Of a stretch of 64,000 bases of DNA, positions 29,303 to 39,143 are shown piece by piece. The notes beneath the pieces were generated by a model. It was not told the origin of the DNA. It saw nothing but the letters and a program-made list of their open reading frames with translations, and did not search any database. Numbering within the stretch: the first letter of the stretch is position 1; every line of letters begins with the position of its first letter. The stretch is taken from positions 4,527 to 68,526 of the forward strand of contig JAHIKK010000034.1 in the NCBI GenBank assembly GCA_018897555.1, written 5' to 3'. Position numbers and translations under genes: made by a program. The DNA comes from Candidatus Omnitrophota bacterium. GTDB taxonomy: Bacteria > Omnitrophota > Gorgyraeia > Gygaellales > Profunditerraquicolaceae.

Positions 29303-30931
29303 ATGCAAAAATTTAAGGTTACATTTCTTCCTGATCATTTAACGATTACTGCGGAAAAGGATAGCTCCATTCTTACCGCGGCTATCTCCGCGGGGATTTA
29401 TCTTAATTCTAACTGCGCCGGAGATGGAACTTGCGGCGGATGCAAGGTGATCGTTAATCAGGGGCAAGTCAAAAGCCAACCCAACGGAATAATCACCGCG
29501 CAAGAGAAAAAAAATAATCTCTATTTGGCCTGTTTGACCGCTATCCAGAGTGATTTAGAGATTTTAATACCGGATAGTTCACGGATGGATAAAGATATCC
29601 AAACCGATAACTTAGGAGGCGATGCTACGATTGAACCCGGGGATACTCTAGGTAAAAACTTCGGGCTTTGTTTTGATATCGGCACGACGACAATTTCCGG
29701 ACAGCTGGTAAATCTGAATTCAAAAAAAATCCTGGGAACCAAAACCGCTTATAACCGGCAGGCTGCTTTTGGCAGTGATGTAATTACGCGGATTGTCTAT
29801 GCGGCTAAAACCGGCGGTTTAGAAAAATTACATAACGCCCTTAGCGGTACGATGAATCAAATTATCCGGGAGTTAGTCAGCGAGCATAAGGTTGATCTTA
29901 ATGCTGTTAACTGTATTGTTTGTTCGGGAAATACGACGATGATGCATCTGCTTTTAAGCCTGGATCCGGCGCATATCCGCCGGCAGCCGTATGTTCCTCC
30001 GGCAAATTTTCCGTCGGTTTTGCGCGCCGCGGAAGCAGGGATACAGATTAGCCCTCAAGGACTGCTCAGTTGCGTTCCCGGAGTTTCCGGTTATCTGGGC
30101 GGGGATGCAATCGCCGGAGTCTTATCCAGCGGCATATATCAAAAAGAAGAGACCTGTATTTTAATTGATATCGGGACAAACGGAGAGATTGTCTTAGGTA
30201 ATCGGGATTTTCTGGTCGCCTGCGCGGGATCGGCCGGGCCGGCTTTTGAAGGCAGCGGGGTAACCAGCGGCATGCGCGCCTCCAGCGGGGCAATTCAAAA
30301 AGTAAGTATCAATAAAAATGATTTTAGCGTTAAGTATTCGACGATTCAGGATAAAATACCCCGGGGGATTTGCGGATCAGGTTATATTGATTTACTCAGC
30401 GAAATGTTAACCTCCGGAATAATCGATAAAAGTGGAAAGATCAAGGTTACGGGTAAACGCATCCGCTCTAGCGATAATGGCCGGGAATTTGTGGTTTGTT
30501 TTAAAGAAGAGATCCGGGCGCAAGCGGATATTGTGATTAACGAGGCAGACATTGAAAATCTTAAGCGTTCTAAGGGAGCGATATATTCAGCTTGCGCTAT
30601 TTTAGTTAAACATTTAGCTTTGGAATTTTCTGCTATCTCGAAGATATTTATTGCCGGTGGGTTCGGTACCTACCTGGATATCGAAAAAGCAATCCGCATC
30701 GGATTATTGCCGGATTTAGAGCGTTCTAAATTTATTTTTATCGGGAATAGTTCTTTGGCCGGCTCCCGGGAAATACTTTTATCCAGCCAGGCTCAGGCGA
30801 TGGCGGAGGCGCTTGCTTTAAAGATTACTTATTTTGAATTATCGATGGACTCAGACTATATGGAAGAATATAGCCAGGCGTTATTTTTCCCGCATACAGA
30901 TTTGACTAAGTTTCCTACGGTGAAATTTTAA
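29303..30931 (+). CDS. Reductive activase of corrinoid iron-sulfur protein (RACo; 2Fe-2S ferredoxin + ASKHA ATPase)
   Basis: N-terminal plant-type ferredoxin (CAGDGTCGGCKV) followed by an ASKHA-fold domain. Conserved position between acsC and acsD. Confidence 0.75.
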   Translation: MQKFKVTFLPDHLTITAEKDSSILTAAISAGIYLNSNCAGDGTCGGCKVIVNQGQVKSQPNGIITAQEKKNNLYLACLTAIQSDLEILIPDSSRMDKDIQTDNLGGDATIEPGDTLGKNFGLCFDIGTTTISGQLVNLNSKKILGTKTAYNRQAAFGSDVITRIVYAAKTGGLEKLHNALSGTMNQIIRELVSEHKVDLNAVNCIVCSGNTTMMHLLLSLDPAHIRRQPYVPPANFPSVLRAAEAGIQISPQGLLSCVPGVSGYLGGDAIAGVLSSGIYQKEETCILIDIGTNGEIVLGNRDFLVACAGSAGPAFEGSGVTSGMRASSGAIQKVSINKNDFSVKYSTIQDKIPRGICGSGYIDLLSEMLTSGIIDKSGKIKVTGKRIRSSDNGREFVVCFKEEIRAQADIVINEADIENLKRSKGAIYSACAILVKHLALEFSAISKIFIAGGFGTYLDIEKAIRIGLLPDLERSKFIFIGNSSLAGSREILLSSQAQAMAEALALKITYFELSMDSDYMEEYSQALFFPHTDLTKFPTVKF

Positions 30932-30945
30932 AGGGGAGAGCAAAT

Positions 30946-31887
30946 ATGGAAACACAATTAGTGCTGGAGAAATGGCCGGGAGTAGTTTCGACGGTAGTTA
31001 TCGGAGCGAAAAAAGAAGCGGGTGGTTCGCGCGGCAATACTGTAACCATTGGCGGGCAAAACAGTTTACCTTTATTATTTAAAGAGGGAGCTATTCCCCA
31101 TAAACCCATAATTGCTTTTGAAATCTGGGATATTGCCCCGCAAGACTGGCCGGATGAGCTGATTTCTGCTTACGGAAAAGCCATAAATGACCCCTTGGCC
31201 TGGGCGGAAAAATGCGTAAATGAATTTAAAGCAGAATTACTCTGCGTAAAAATGCAGGGAACGCATCCTGATTTTGGCAATAAAAGCCCTGAAAAAGCGG
31301 CAAAGTTTATTTCTTTATTATTAAGTAAGGTTAGGGTTCCTTTAATTATTATCGGAAGCGGGGATGACGCCAAAGATAACCTGATTCTGCCGGCTTGTTC
31401 AGAGGCAGCCAGGGGAGAGCGTTGCCTGATAGGTTGCGCGGTACAAGATAATTATAAAACTTTAGTGGCCAGCGTATTAGCTGACGGCCATAGTATTATT
31501 GCTGAAAGCCCGATAGATATTAATATTGCCAAACAGTTAAATATTTTAATCTCCGACATGGGATTAAGCTTGGAGCGCATTGTAATTAATCCGACGATCG
31601 GAGCATTAGGGTATGGCCTGGAATACGCTTATTCCATTATGGAGAGGGCCAGGCTGGCTGCTTTGTCCGGAGATAAAACTTTAGCTTCACCGTTTATTTG
31701 TTTTATCGGCCAGGAGGCCTGGAAGTCCAAAGAGGCAAGAGTCAGTGTTGAACAGGGAATTATCTGGGAAGCGCTTACCGCCACCAGCCTGATTCAATCC
31801 GGAACGGACCTTTTGATTATGCGCCACCCTCAAGCCGCGCAAAAAGTAAATAATTATATAGAAAATTTATTCAAGGACAAGGAGTAG
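30946..31887 (+). CDS. acsD: Corrinoid iron-sulfur protein small subunit (ACDS delta subunit)
   Basis: 313-aa TIM-barrel protein in the acsC-acsD-acsE gene order. Confidence 0.8.
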   Translation: METQLVLEKWPGVVSTVVIGAKKEAGGSRGNTVTIGGQNSLPLLFKEGAIPHKPIIAFEIWDIAPQDWPDELISAYGKAINDPLAWAEKCVNEFKAELLCVKMQGTHPDFGNKSPEKAAKFISLLLSKVRVPLIIIGSGDDAKDNLILPACSEAARGERCLIGCAVQDNYKTLVASVLADGHSIIAESPIDINIAKQLNILISDMGLSLERIVINPTIGALGYGLEYAYSIMERARLAALSGDKTLASPFICFIGQEAWKSKEARVSVEQGIIWEALTATSLIQSGTDLLIMRHPQAAQKVNNYIENLFKDKE

Positions 31888-31889
31888 AG

Positions 31890-32678
31890 ATGTTTATCAT
31901 TGGTGAGTTAATTAACGGAATGTACACGAATATCGCTTTGGCGCTTAAGGATCACGACAAAAAAATCGTGCAGACTTGCGCGTTAGAACAAATTGCCAGT
32001 GGCGCGGATGCCCTGGATGTATGCTGCGGGCCGGCTTCCCAAAATCCCTTAATCGATATGCCCTGGCTGGTGGAGGTAATTCAGGAGGTAACCGATAAAC
32101 CGCTTTGCCTGGATTCCAGTAAGCCTAAAGTTATTGCCGAAGGCCTAAAAGCTGCTAAAAATAAAACGATAATTAATTCTACGACCGCCGATGCGGAAAA
32201 GTTAGAGATACTTATTCCGCTGGCTAAAAAATATAAATCTAAGCTCATCGGAATAACCATCAGCGCCGCAGGTATACCCCAGAATAAAGATCAACGCCTG
32301 GAGTTAGCGGCAATAATCCTTACGCATGCCACTGATGGAGAATTTCCCATTACCGATTTGTATCTTGACCCAATCGTTATGCCGGTGAATGTAGCTCAAG
32401 GCCAAATTAAAGATATCCTGTTAACCATTGCTGAGCTTAAAATAATCTCCGAGCCTAGCCCGAAAACAATTATCGGCTTAAGCAATATTTCTCAAGGCGC
32501 GAAAGTGCGCAGCCTGATTAACCGCACATTTTTGACAATGGCAGTTGCATCCGGATTAGATTCTGCTATACTTGACCCTAAAGATAAAGAGCTGATGGAC
32601 ACCTTAATTACCGCAGAGCTTATCTTAAATAAAAATATTTATTGCGATTCGTATTTAGAGGCTTATCGAAAAAAGTAA
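31890..32678 (+). CDS. acsE: Methyltetrahydrofolate:corrinoid/iron-sulfur protein methyltransferase (pterin-binding)
   Basis: Pterin-binding fold (IIGELINGMY...LDVCCGPA...). 262 aa. Confidence 0.8.
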   Translation: MFIIGELINGMYTNIALALKDHDKKIVQTCALEQIASGADALDVCCGPASQNPLIDMPWLVEVIQEVTDKPLCLDSSKPKVIAEGLKAAKNKTIINSTTADAEKLEILIPLAKKYKSKLIGITISAAGIPQNKDQRLELAAIILTHATDGEFPITDLYLDPIVMPVNVAQGQIKDILLTIAELKIISEPSPKTIIGLSNISQGAKVRSLINRTFLTMAVASGLDSAILDPKDKELMDTLITAELILNKNIYCDSYLEAYRKK

Positions 32679-32687
32679 GAGAAGTTT

Positions 32688-32761
32688 GACGGCGTAGCTC
32701 AGCCTGGTAGAGCAAGCGGCTCATACCCGCTCGGTCAGTGGTCCAACTCCACTCGCCGTCA
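32688..32761 (+). tRNA. tRNA with anticodon CAU and non-canonical T-loop (TCCAACT, C at position 55)
   Basis: Perfect 7-bp acceptor GACGGCG/CGCCGTC, canonical D-arm, anticodon loop CTCATAC. The T-loop departs from the T-Psi-C consensus. Followed by a T-run. Confidence 0.65.
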
Positions 32762-33001
32762 CTTTTTTATTTTGGATATTGTGTTTTAGAGTAATTGGGG
32801 CTAGTAAAATTAAACAGAAGAGGATAAGCCATAAAAAATTCAATATAAAATAATATCTAACTTATTGTAATACAACAAGTTACAATCCTTCCGAAAAAGA
32901 ATTTCTCTCCGTACTTGAAAAGCCCTCCGGGATATGTTACATTTAATCTTAATGTGTTTTACAGCCAGTAATACAAAATATCTATTGCAAGGAGAAGGTA
33001 A

Positions 33002-33565
33002 ATGCTAAAAAACATATTTTTGTCGCAAGTTACTAAACACTTTGTAAAAGTATTTAAGTTAGCTTTGCTAATACTGCCTATTTTCTTTGTCCCTATCTTT
33101 ATTTACCGGTTGTCTTTTGCCTTTATCGATTTCAAGGCAATACTGCCGGCTGCGCCTGCATACGCGATGATAGAGATTAGGCCGGAATTACTTGAAGCTC
33201 TTATTCAGGTAGAGAGCTCAAATAACCCCCGCGCCTATAACCACCACACCAAAGCCAGGGGGCTTACCCAGATTACGCCGATTACCTGGAGAGAACTGCG
33301 TAAGCAGTATAGTTCTAAATACGCTAATCTTAACTTCTGGGAGGATATGCCTAAAGCGCAGGTAGCCAGGGAAGCCGGAACAGACTATCTTTATCTCCTG
33401 CAGAAGATTTTAAAAGCCAAGGGCATTCCGGTAACCCTGGATAATTTGCTTGCCGCTTATGTCTGGGGGCCGAACAACCTGGCAAAAAACGGCCTGCACA
33501 ACGCCCCCCGGGTCGTCAAAAATTACGTATCCAAGGTTAAAAGGCTAGCCCAAGCCAGCGATTAA
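33002..33565 (+). CDS. Lytic transglycosylase (SLT/GH23 domain) with N-terminal membrane anchor
   Basis: IQVESSNNPRAYNHHTKARGLTQITPITW matches the SLT motif (ES..N..A.S..GA.GLMQ). Confidence 0.75.
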   Translation: MLKNIFLSQVTKHFVKVFKLALLILPIFFVPIFIYRLSFAFIDFKAILPAAPAYAMIEIRPELLEALIQVESSNNPRAYNHHTKARGLTQITPITWRELRKQYSSKYANLNFWEDMPKAQVAREAGTDYLYLLQKILKAKGIPVTLDNLLAAYVWGPNNLAKNGLHNAPRVVKNYVSKVKRLAQASD

Positions 33566-33577
33566 ACCAGCTGGATT

Positions 33578-34855
33578 TTAATTACTTTTTAAGATTTTCT
33601 TGGCGAGTTTTTCGATAATCAAAGAGGTAAGAATAAATACGCCTGCTTCAGTAAACACCGTGGCTAAAGCTGCCCCTACGTAAGAGAATTGGTGTATAAG
33701 TATAAATATAAGCGGTAAGCCGGTGAGCGCGGCGGCAATATGAATCTTGGCGTAGAGATCCTGTTTACCGCAGACAAGCAGAAACTGCACTTTAAAGTTA
33801 TTCGCCCCCACAAAAAATACCGCGGCTAACAAAAGGCGCAAAGCAAACACTACTTCTTTATAAGCAACTCCGCAAGCAATCTGAATAATCCAGGGAGCAA
33901 TAAAATAAGCAATCGGCAGGCTGACCACAAAGCCCAGGGTTATGCCATCCTGGATCCTGAACATTATCGCTACTGCCCGCTGCTTATTTTTTGCGAAAAC
34001 ATTGCTGATCCGGGGATATACTGCCCGAGTAAATGAATCCATGGGAAAGGTCTGAATAATATTGGCGATTCTTTCGGCAAGAGAATAGTATCCGGTAATC
34101 ACGTTATTGGTAAGTAACCCCACCGCAAAAATCCGGGTAGTGGTGTAGGCATTAACCGCTAAAATAGAAATAAAAATATCCCAGCCCGTTCTCAGCTCCC
34201 TTTTTATATCCACATATTTCTGTAAAATAAATTCCAGGCGAAATTTCCTAAAAGCAATATAGAGCCCGAGTATCCCGCTGATTATAGAGAGGATTGAGTT
34301 TAATAGCGGCACCAGGAGAAAATCTCCCGGACCCTTTATAAAAATAAAAATACAAATCGCGTAGGCTAAGCCGCTGATTACGTTCACCACGGCAATATAA
34401 CTCATTTTTTCTTTCCCCTGAAAAAACCAGACCGGAAATAAAGTACTGCCGACTACGGCGCCAAAGCTATAGATATACACCAGCCAATCGTTTCTGAATT
34501 TCGGCACAAAATAGAGAATCGCGCAAAGGATGATAAGGCTTATCCCGGCAAAGATCAACTTTACCGTCATTACCGATGAAAATATCGCGCTGGTCTTTCC
34601 CTTGTGTTCTCCGATCAGGGAAATTGTTTTGGTTGCCGAAAGGCTAAAACCGTAGTCGGTTAAGATCAGGAAATATTGCACCAGGCTCTGGGCAAAAGCA
34701 ATCAGGCCGAATTTTTCCATGCCGATTACCCGGATCAGATACGGAAGGACAACTAAAGGCAGGATATAACTAATACTCTGGAGAGTGGTAAGGGAAATAA
34801 AATTTCCCAGGACAATTTTTCTTTCTTTGTGGGTGACGATTTTTTTCTGAGCCAT
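33578..34855 (-). CDS. Polysaccharide biosynthesis flippase (Wzx-like, MOP superfamily)
   Basis: 425 aa with about 12 predicted TM helices, an N-terminal pattern typical of O-unit flippases. Confidence 0.65.
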   Translation of the reverse strand: MAQKKIVTHKERKIVLGNFISLTTLQSISYILPLVVLPYLIRVIGMEKFGLIAFAQSLVQYFLILTDYGFSLSATKTISLIGEHKGKTSAIFSSVMTVKLIFAGISLIILCAILYFVPKFRNDWLVYIYSFGAVVGSTLFPVWFFQGKEKMSYIAVVNVISGLAYAICIFIFIKGPGDFLLVPLLNSILSIISGILGLYIAFRKFRLEFILQKYVDIKRELRTGWDIFISILAVNAYTTTRIFAVGLLTNNVITGYYSLAERIANIIQTFPMDSFTRAVYPRISNVFAKNKQRAVAIMFRIQDGITLGFVVSLPIAYFIAPWIIQIACGVAYKEVVFALRLLLAAVFFVGANNFKVQFLLVCGKQDLYAKIHIAAALTGLPLIFILIHQFSYVGAALATVFTEAGVFILTSLIIEKLAKKILKSN

Positions 34856-34900
34856 TATTCATAATTTACACTTTAAGCCGAATAAAGTCAATAAAAACTA

Positions 34901-34943
34901 GGGGACGGTTACAGTAGGGGAGGTTTAAACCTCCCCTACTGTT
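34901..34943. repeat. Hairpin element sharing the AAAAACTAGGGGACGGTT flank motif with the palindromic repeat family (13-bp stem ACAGTAGGGGAGG/CCTCCCCTACTGT)
   Basis: Flank motif identical to copies A and C. The palindrome body is different. Confidence 0.6.
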
Positions 34944-35002
34944 GAAAATCAACAAGAATTTAAAAATGAGACTTTCGGTGTTTTTATGGTAAAATAATTC
35001 CC

Positions 35003-35962
35003 ATGAACAAATTCATGGAAACAATTAAAAAATACAACCTGATCCAACCAGGGGATAAAATCCTGATCGGAGTTTCCGGAGGGCCGGATTCACTGGCGTT
35101 ACTCTTGAAACTTTTTAGCCTGAAATCCAAGTTCGGCTTAACTTTACATATCGCGCATTTGGATCATGGTTTACGTAAGGACTCCGGCGCGGATGCGCTT
35201 TTTGTAAAACGCTGGGGCCAAAAGCTTAACCTCCCCGTAACCATAAAACAGCTGCCTTACCCGCTGGTTAAAGCCAAAGGCTCTTTAGAAGAATTCTTCC
35301 GGGAAGAAAGATTAAAATTTTTTAGGCAAACTGCAAAAACCATAAAAGCGGATAAGATTGCCTTGGGGCACAATCTTGACGATCAAGCCGAAACGGTGTT
35401 GATGCGCCTGTTACGCGGTACCGGTTTATCCGGTTTATCCGGAATATCCGCCAAAAGAGAGATCCGGGGTGTAGTGTTTATCCGGCCATTCCTGGAAACC
35501 CCGCGCCGCCAAATCGATAAATTTTTAAAGAACAGGGGGATAAAACCACGCCTTGACTCTACTAACCGGGAAGATATCTTCCTGCGCAACAAGATCCGTC
35601 ATCAATTAATTCCTTTGCTTAAGGCTAAATATAATATTAACATCCTAAAGGTATTGGCTAACCTGGCCCAAAGTGTTTCCTATGATTATGAATATCTGGA
35701 TCAGGCTGCTAAACGCGCCTTAAAAGGCAACCCCTCGCGGCTTAATCTTAAAAAAATCATGAAATTGCATCCGGCAATCCTGCGCCTCAAACTGCGCCAA
35801 TCCATATCTTCTATCCAGGGAGATACGCGCAGAATAAGCTTTCAGCATATCAAAGAGCTTGAGGATTTAATTTTTGCCCGTCCGCGCGGTTCAATTGTGG
35901 ATTTGCCCAAAGGAATATTTGTGCAAAAATCCCGCAACAGCCTGCTTTTCTTAAAGCGCTAA
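35003..35962 (+). CDS. tilS: tRNA(Ile)-lysidine synthetase
   Basis: ILIGVSGGPDSLALL PP-loop motif. Confidence 0.85.
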   Translation: MNKFMETIKKYNLIQPGDKILIGVSGGPDSLALLLKLFSLKSKFGLTLHIAHLDHGLRKDSGADALFVKRWGQKLNLPVTIKQLPYPLVKAKGSLEEFFREERLKFFRQTAKTIKADKIALGHNLDDQAETVLMRLLRGTGLSGLSGISAKREIRGVVFIRPFLETPRRQIDKFLKNRGIKPRLDSTNREDIFLRNKIRHQLIPLLKAKYNINILKVLANLAQSVSYDYEYLDQAAKRALKGNPSRLNLKKIMKLHPAILRLKLRQSISSIQGDTRRISFQHIKELEDLIFARPRGSIVDLPKGIFVQKSRNSLLFLKR

Positions 35963-36058
35963 ATCTATAAAATACTTGATTTTACACATTTTTCAGGATA
36001 CAATAATAATCTAAATTCACTAATCGTTTAAGCGATTTTTTAAACCCGGAGAAATTAA

Positions 36059-37915
36059 ATGGCGAATCAAAAAAAACCCAAACCCAATAAAACCAACACC
36101 TTCAAACGTTTTCCTTTTGGTTGGTTGTTAGTTTTTTTCCTGCTGATTATGTTGATAAATTCTTTTAATAATCTTCCCGTGGCCGGTATTCCTAAAGAGA
36201 TTACCTATAGCCAGTTTTATCAAACTCTAAAAAATAACCCGGAGACCATAAAAAAGGTGAGCAAGACTGAAAACCTGCTTCAGGGGGACTTTTTAGATAA
36301 TTCCAAATTTTTTGTGAATATCCCGGAGAATGACCCGGAGATGCTTAGCCTGATGCGGCAGAATTTAAAGAATTTTGAGATTAAACCGGCGCGGACATTT
36401 TGGATCAGTTTACTCTTTAATTTAGGGCCGATAATCTTGCTTATTTTCTTCTGGTGGATGATGGCGGCCCGCGGAGAACAGTTAGGCTCTAGAATTATGT
36501 CTTTTGGAAAAGTTAAGTCTAAAATTCAAAGCAATAACGAAAAGGCTACTTTTGATGATGTGGCGGGCGTGGATGAGGCAAAAGAAGAATTAAAAGAAGT
36601 AATTGAATTCCTTAAAGACCCTAAAAAATTCCAGAAATTAGGCGGTAAGATTCCCAAAGGCGTGCTTTTAGTCGGCCCGCCGGGATGCGGTAAAACATTG
36701 ATTGCCCGGGCAGTTGCCGGAGAAGCCAATGTGCCTTTTTTCAGCATATCCGGCTCTAATTTTGTCGAGATGTTTGTAGGGGTGGGGGCTAGCCGGGTAA
36801 GAGATTTGTTTGATCAGGGGCGTAAGGCCGGGGTAGTCTCAGGAAAAGGCGCAATAATTTTTATTGATGAAATTGATGCCGTCGGCCGCCTGCGTTTTTC
36901 CGGAATTGGCGGAGGCAATGATGAACGTGAACAAACCCTTAATCAGCTGTTAGTAGAGATGGATGGGTTTGACGGCCAGCAAGGCCTCATCCTGATTGCT
37001 GCCACTAATCGTCCGGATACACTGGACCCGGCACTCCTGCGTCCGGGAAGGTTTGACCGCACCATTATTATTAATCTGCCGGATATTAAAGGGCGTGAAG
37101 AGATACTCAAAGTGCATACACGCAAAATTAAGCTTGCCGAATCCGTTAATTTAAAATCTGTGGCCAGCCAAACCCCGGGTTTTTCCGGAGCGGACCTGGC
37201 TAATCTCTGTAATGAAGCGGCGTTGATGGCTGCCCGTAATAATAAAGAAGCAGTGGAAGAGATTGATTTGGATAAATCCGTAGAAAGAGTGCTCATGGGC
37301 CCGGAAAAGAAAAGCCATATTATGTCCAAGAAAGAAAAGGAGATTACTTCTTTGCATGAATCCGGGCATGCCCTGCTTTCTTTACTGTTACCGGAAGTCA
37401 ACCCTTTAAAGAAAGTTTCCATTATTCCGCGCGGTCTGGCCGGGGGGTATACCTTTACTCCGCCGTTAGAAGACCGGCATTATTGGACGAAGAAAGAACT
37501 GCTGGCGGAGATTACCATGATCCTGGGAGGCAGGGCTTCCGAAGAGCTAAACTTAAGCGAAGTGACTACCGGAGCGCAAAATGATTTGGAGATGGCTACC
37601 GGTATGGCCAGGCGTATGGTTACGCAATTCGGTATGTCTGAGCGGCTGGGGAATTTGACTCTCGGCAGGAGGGAAGGGCTGGTATTTTTAGGCCGCGATA
37701 TTATGGAGGAAAAAAACTATAGCGAACAGACTGCGCACATCATTGATGAAGAGGTAAAGAAAATAACCGATGATGCTTATCATAAAGCGATAGAATTATT
37801 AAAAAGTAATCAGGTTAAGCTTAAGCTTCTTTCAAATTCTCTTTTAGAAAAAGAGGTCTTAAGCGGTGAAGAAGTGAAAAAAATACTGGGGATTGAGAAA
37901 AGCGACCTGGTTTAA
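36059..37915 (+). CDS. ftsH: ATP-dependent zinc metalloprotease FtsH
   Basis: Two N-terminal TMs, AAA motif [17 protein letters not shown], and HESGHAL zinc site. Confidence 0.95.
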   Translation: MANQKKPKPNKTNTFKRFPFGWLLVFFLLIMLINSFNNLPVAGIPKEITYSQFYQTLKNNPETIKKVSKTENLLQGDFLDNSKFFVNIPENDPEMLSLMRQNLKNFEIKPARTFWISLLFNLGPIILLIFFWWMMAARGEQLGSRIMSFGKVKSKIQSNNEKATFDDVAGVDEAKEELKEVIEFLKDPKKFQKLGGKIPKGVLLVGPPGCGKTLIARAVAGEANVPFFSISGSNFVEMFVGVGASRVRDLFDQGRKAGVVSGKGAIIFIDEIDAVGRLRFSGIGGGNDEREQTLNQLLVEMDGFDGQQGLILIAATNRPDTLDPALLRPGRFDRTIIINLPDIKGREEILKVHTRKIKLAESVNLKSVASQTPGFSGADLANLCNEAALMAARNNKEAVEEIDLDKSVERVLMGPEKKSHIMSKKEKEITSLHESGHALLSLLLPEVNPLKKVSIIPRGLAGGYTFTPPLEDRHYWTKKELLAEITMILGGRASEELNLSEVTTGAQNDLEMATGMARRMVTQFGMSERLGNLTLGRREGLVFLGRDIMEEKNYSEQTAHIIDEEVKKITDDAYHKAIELLKSNQVKLKLLSNSLLEKEVLSGEEVKKILGIEKSDLV

Positions 37916-37940
37916 AATTTAGCCGGTTGGGATTACAAGA

Positions 37941-39143
37941 ATGCGTATTTTCCGATTTAGCTGCTCAGAGGAAGTAAGTAAAATTATGCGTGAGATTGGT
38001 GTTGATCCTTACGGGATCAAGATCATGCTGCCCAAGGCGAGTACCTTTTTAATCCGCGCCAACGCCGTTAATAACATCGCGGCGAATATCCTTAAGCAAG
38101 AGATGCTTTCTTTGGGAGCAGACGCGGCAATTGCCAGAGGCGCGCTTACCGGTAAAACTAAAAAAACCGATGTTCTTTTGATCGGAGAACTTACCCAGTT
38201 TGTTGCTTTGGCCAATAAATTAAAAATTCAGCCATTTGGCCTGCAAAAGCTGGCGGGAGAGTTAGACGAAAATATCAAAAATTTTACTAAAGACGATTTT
38301 ATCCTATCTTTAAGAAAAGGTTATTTGAATCTTAGTAAAAAAACTCAAATAATGGGTATTATTAATTTAACGCCTGACTCATTCAGCGATGACGGCCTAT
38401 ATCGAAAGTTTAGTAATAACTATCCGGATCTGGCTTTAAAGAAAGCGCGGGCATTAGTGGCTGACGGAGCAGATATTCTTGATCTCGGCGGCCAATCCAG
38501 CCGTCCGGGAGCAAAAAACATCAGCGTAAAAGAAGAATTATGCCGCACTATACCGGTAGTCAAACTGTTGGCAAAAAAAATCAATACGCCGATTTCTATT
38601 GATACGACTAAACCCGAAGTAGCCAAGGCGGCTTTAGATGCCGGCGCGCAAATCATTAATGATATCTGCGGATTAAGTGACAAACGTATGATTAAAGTGG
38701 CTGCCCGATATAAAGCCGCGGTGGTAATTATGCACATGCTGGGAAAACCCGCAAATATGCAAAAAATAATTGCTTATGAATCTTTGATCGAAGATATTGC
38801 TACATACCTTAAGAATGCTATTGCTTCTGCGCAGGCAGGCGGAATTAGCCCGGATAAAATTATTATTGATCCGGGTATAGGTTTTGGTAAAACCCCGGAT
38901 GATAATCTTAAAATCATCAAACACCTGGCAGATTTTAGGGCCTTAGGCAAGCCCATACTTATCGGCCCTTCCAGGAAATCTTTTATCGGGGAAGTTCTAA
39001 AATTAAATTCGCCAAGCCGGATTAACGGCACTTTGGCTGCCTGCGTAATGGCTGCCGAACGCGGCGTAAATATCCTGCGCGTGCATGATGTAAAAGAAGT
39101 AAGCCAATCCTTAAAAATGGCGGAGGCGGTAAAAAAATGTTAG
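37941..39143 (+). CDS. folP: Dihydropteroate synthase with ~120-aa N-terminal extension of unknown function
   Basis: C-terminal 270 aa is a pterin-binding DHPS (INLTPDSFSDDG...LDLGGQSSRPG...IIDPGIGFGK). The N-terminal extension is not a recognisable FolK or FolB. Confidence 0.8.
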   Translation: MRIFRFSCSEEVSKIMREIGVDPYGIKIMLPKASTFLIRANAVNNIAANILKQEMLSLGADAAIARGALTGKTKKTDVLLIGELTQFVALANKLKIQPFGLQKLAGELDENIKNFTKDDFILSLRKGYLNLSKKTQIMGIINLTPDSFSDDGLYRKFSNNYPDLALKKARALVADGADILDLGGQSSRPGAKNISVKEELCRTIPVVKLLAKKINTPISIDTTKPEVAKAALDAGAQIINDICGLSDKRMIKVAARYKAAVVIMHMLGKPANMQKIIAYESLIEDIATYLKNAIASAQAGGISPDKIIIDPGIGFGKTPDDNLKIIKHLADFRALGKPILIGPSRKSFIGEVLKLNSPSRINGTLAACVMAAERGVNILRVHDVKEVSQSLKMAEAVKKC

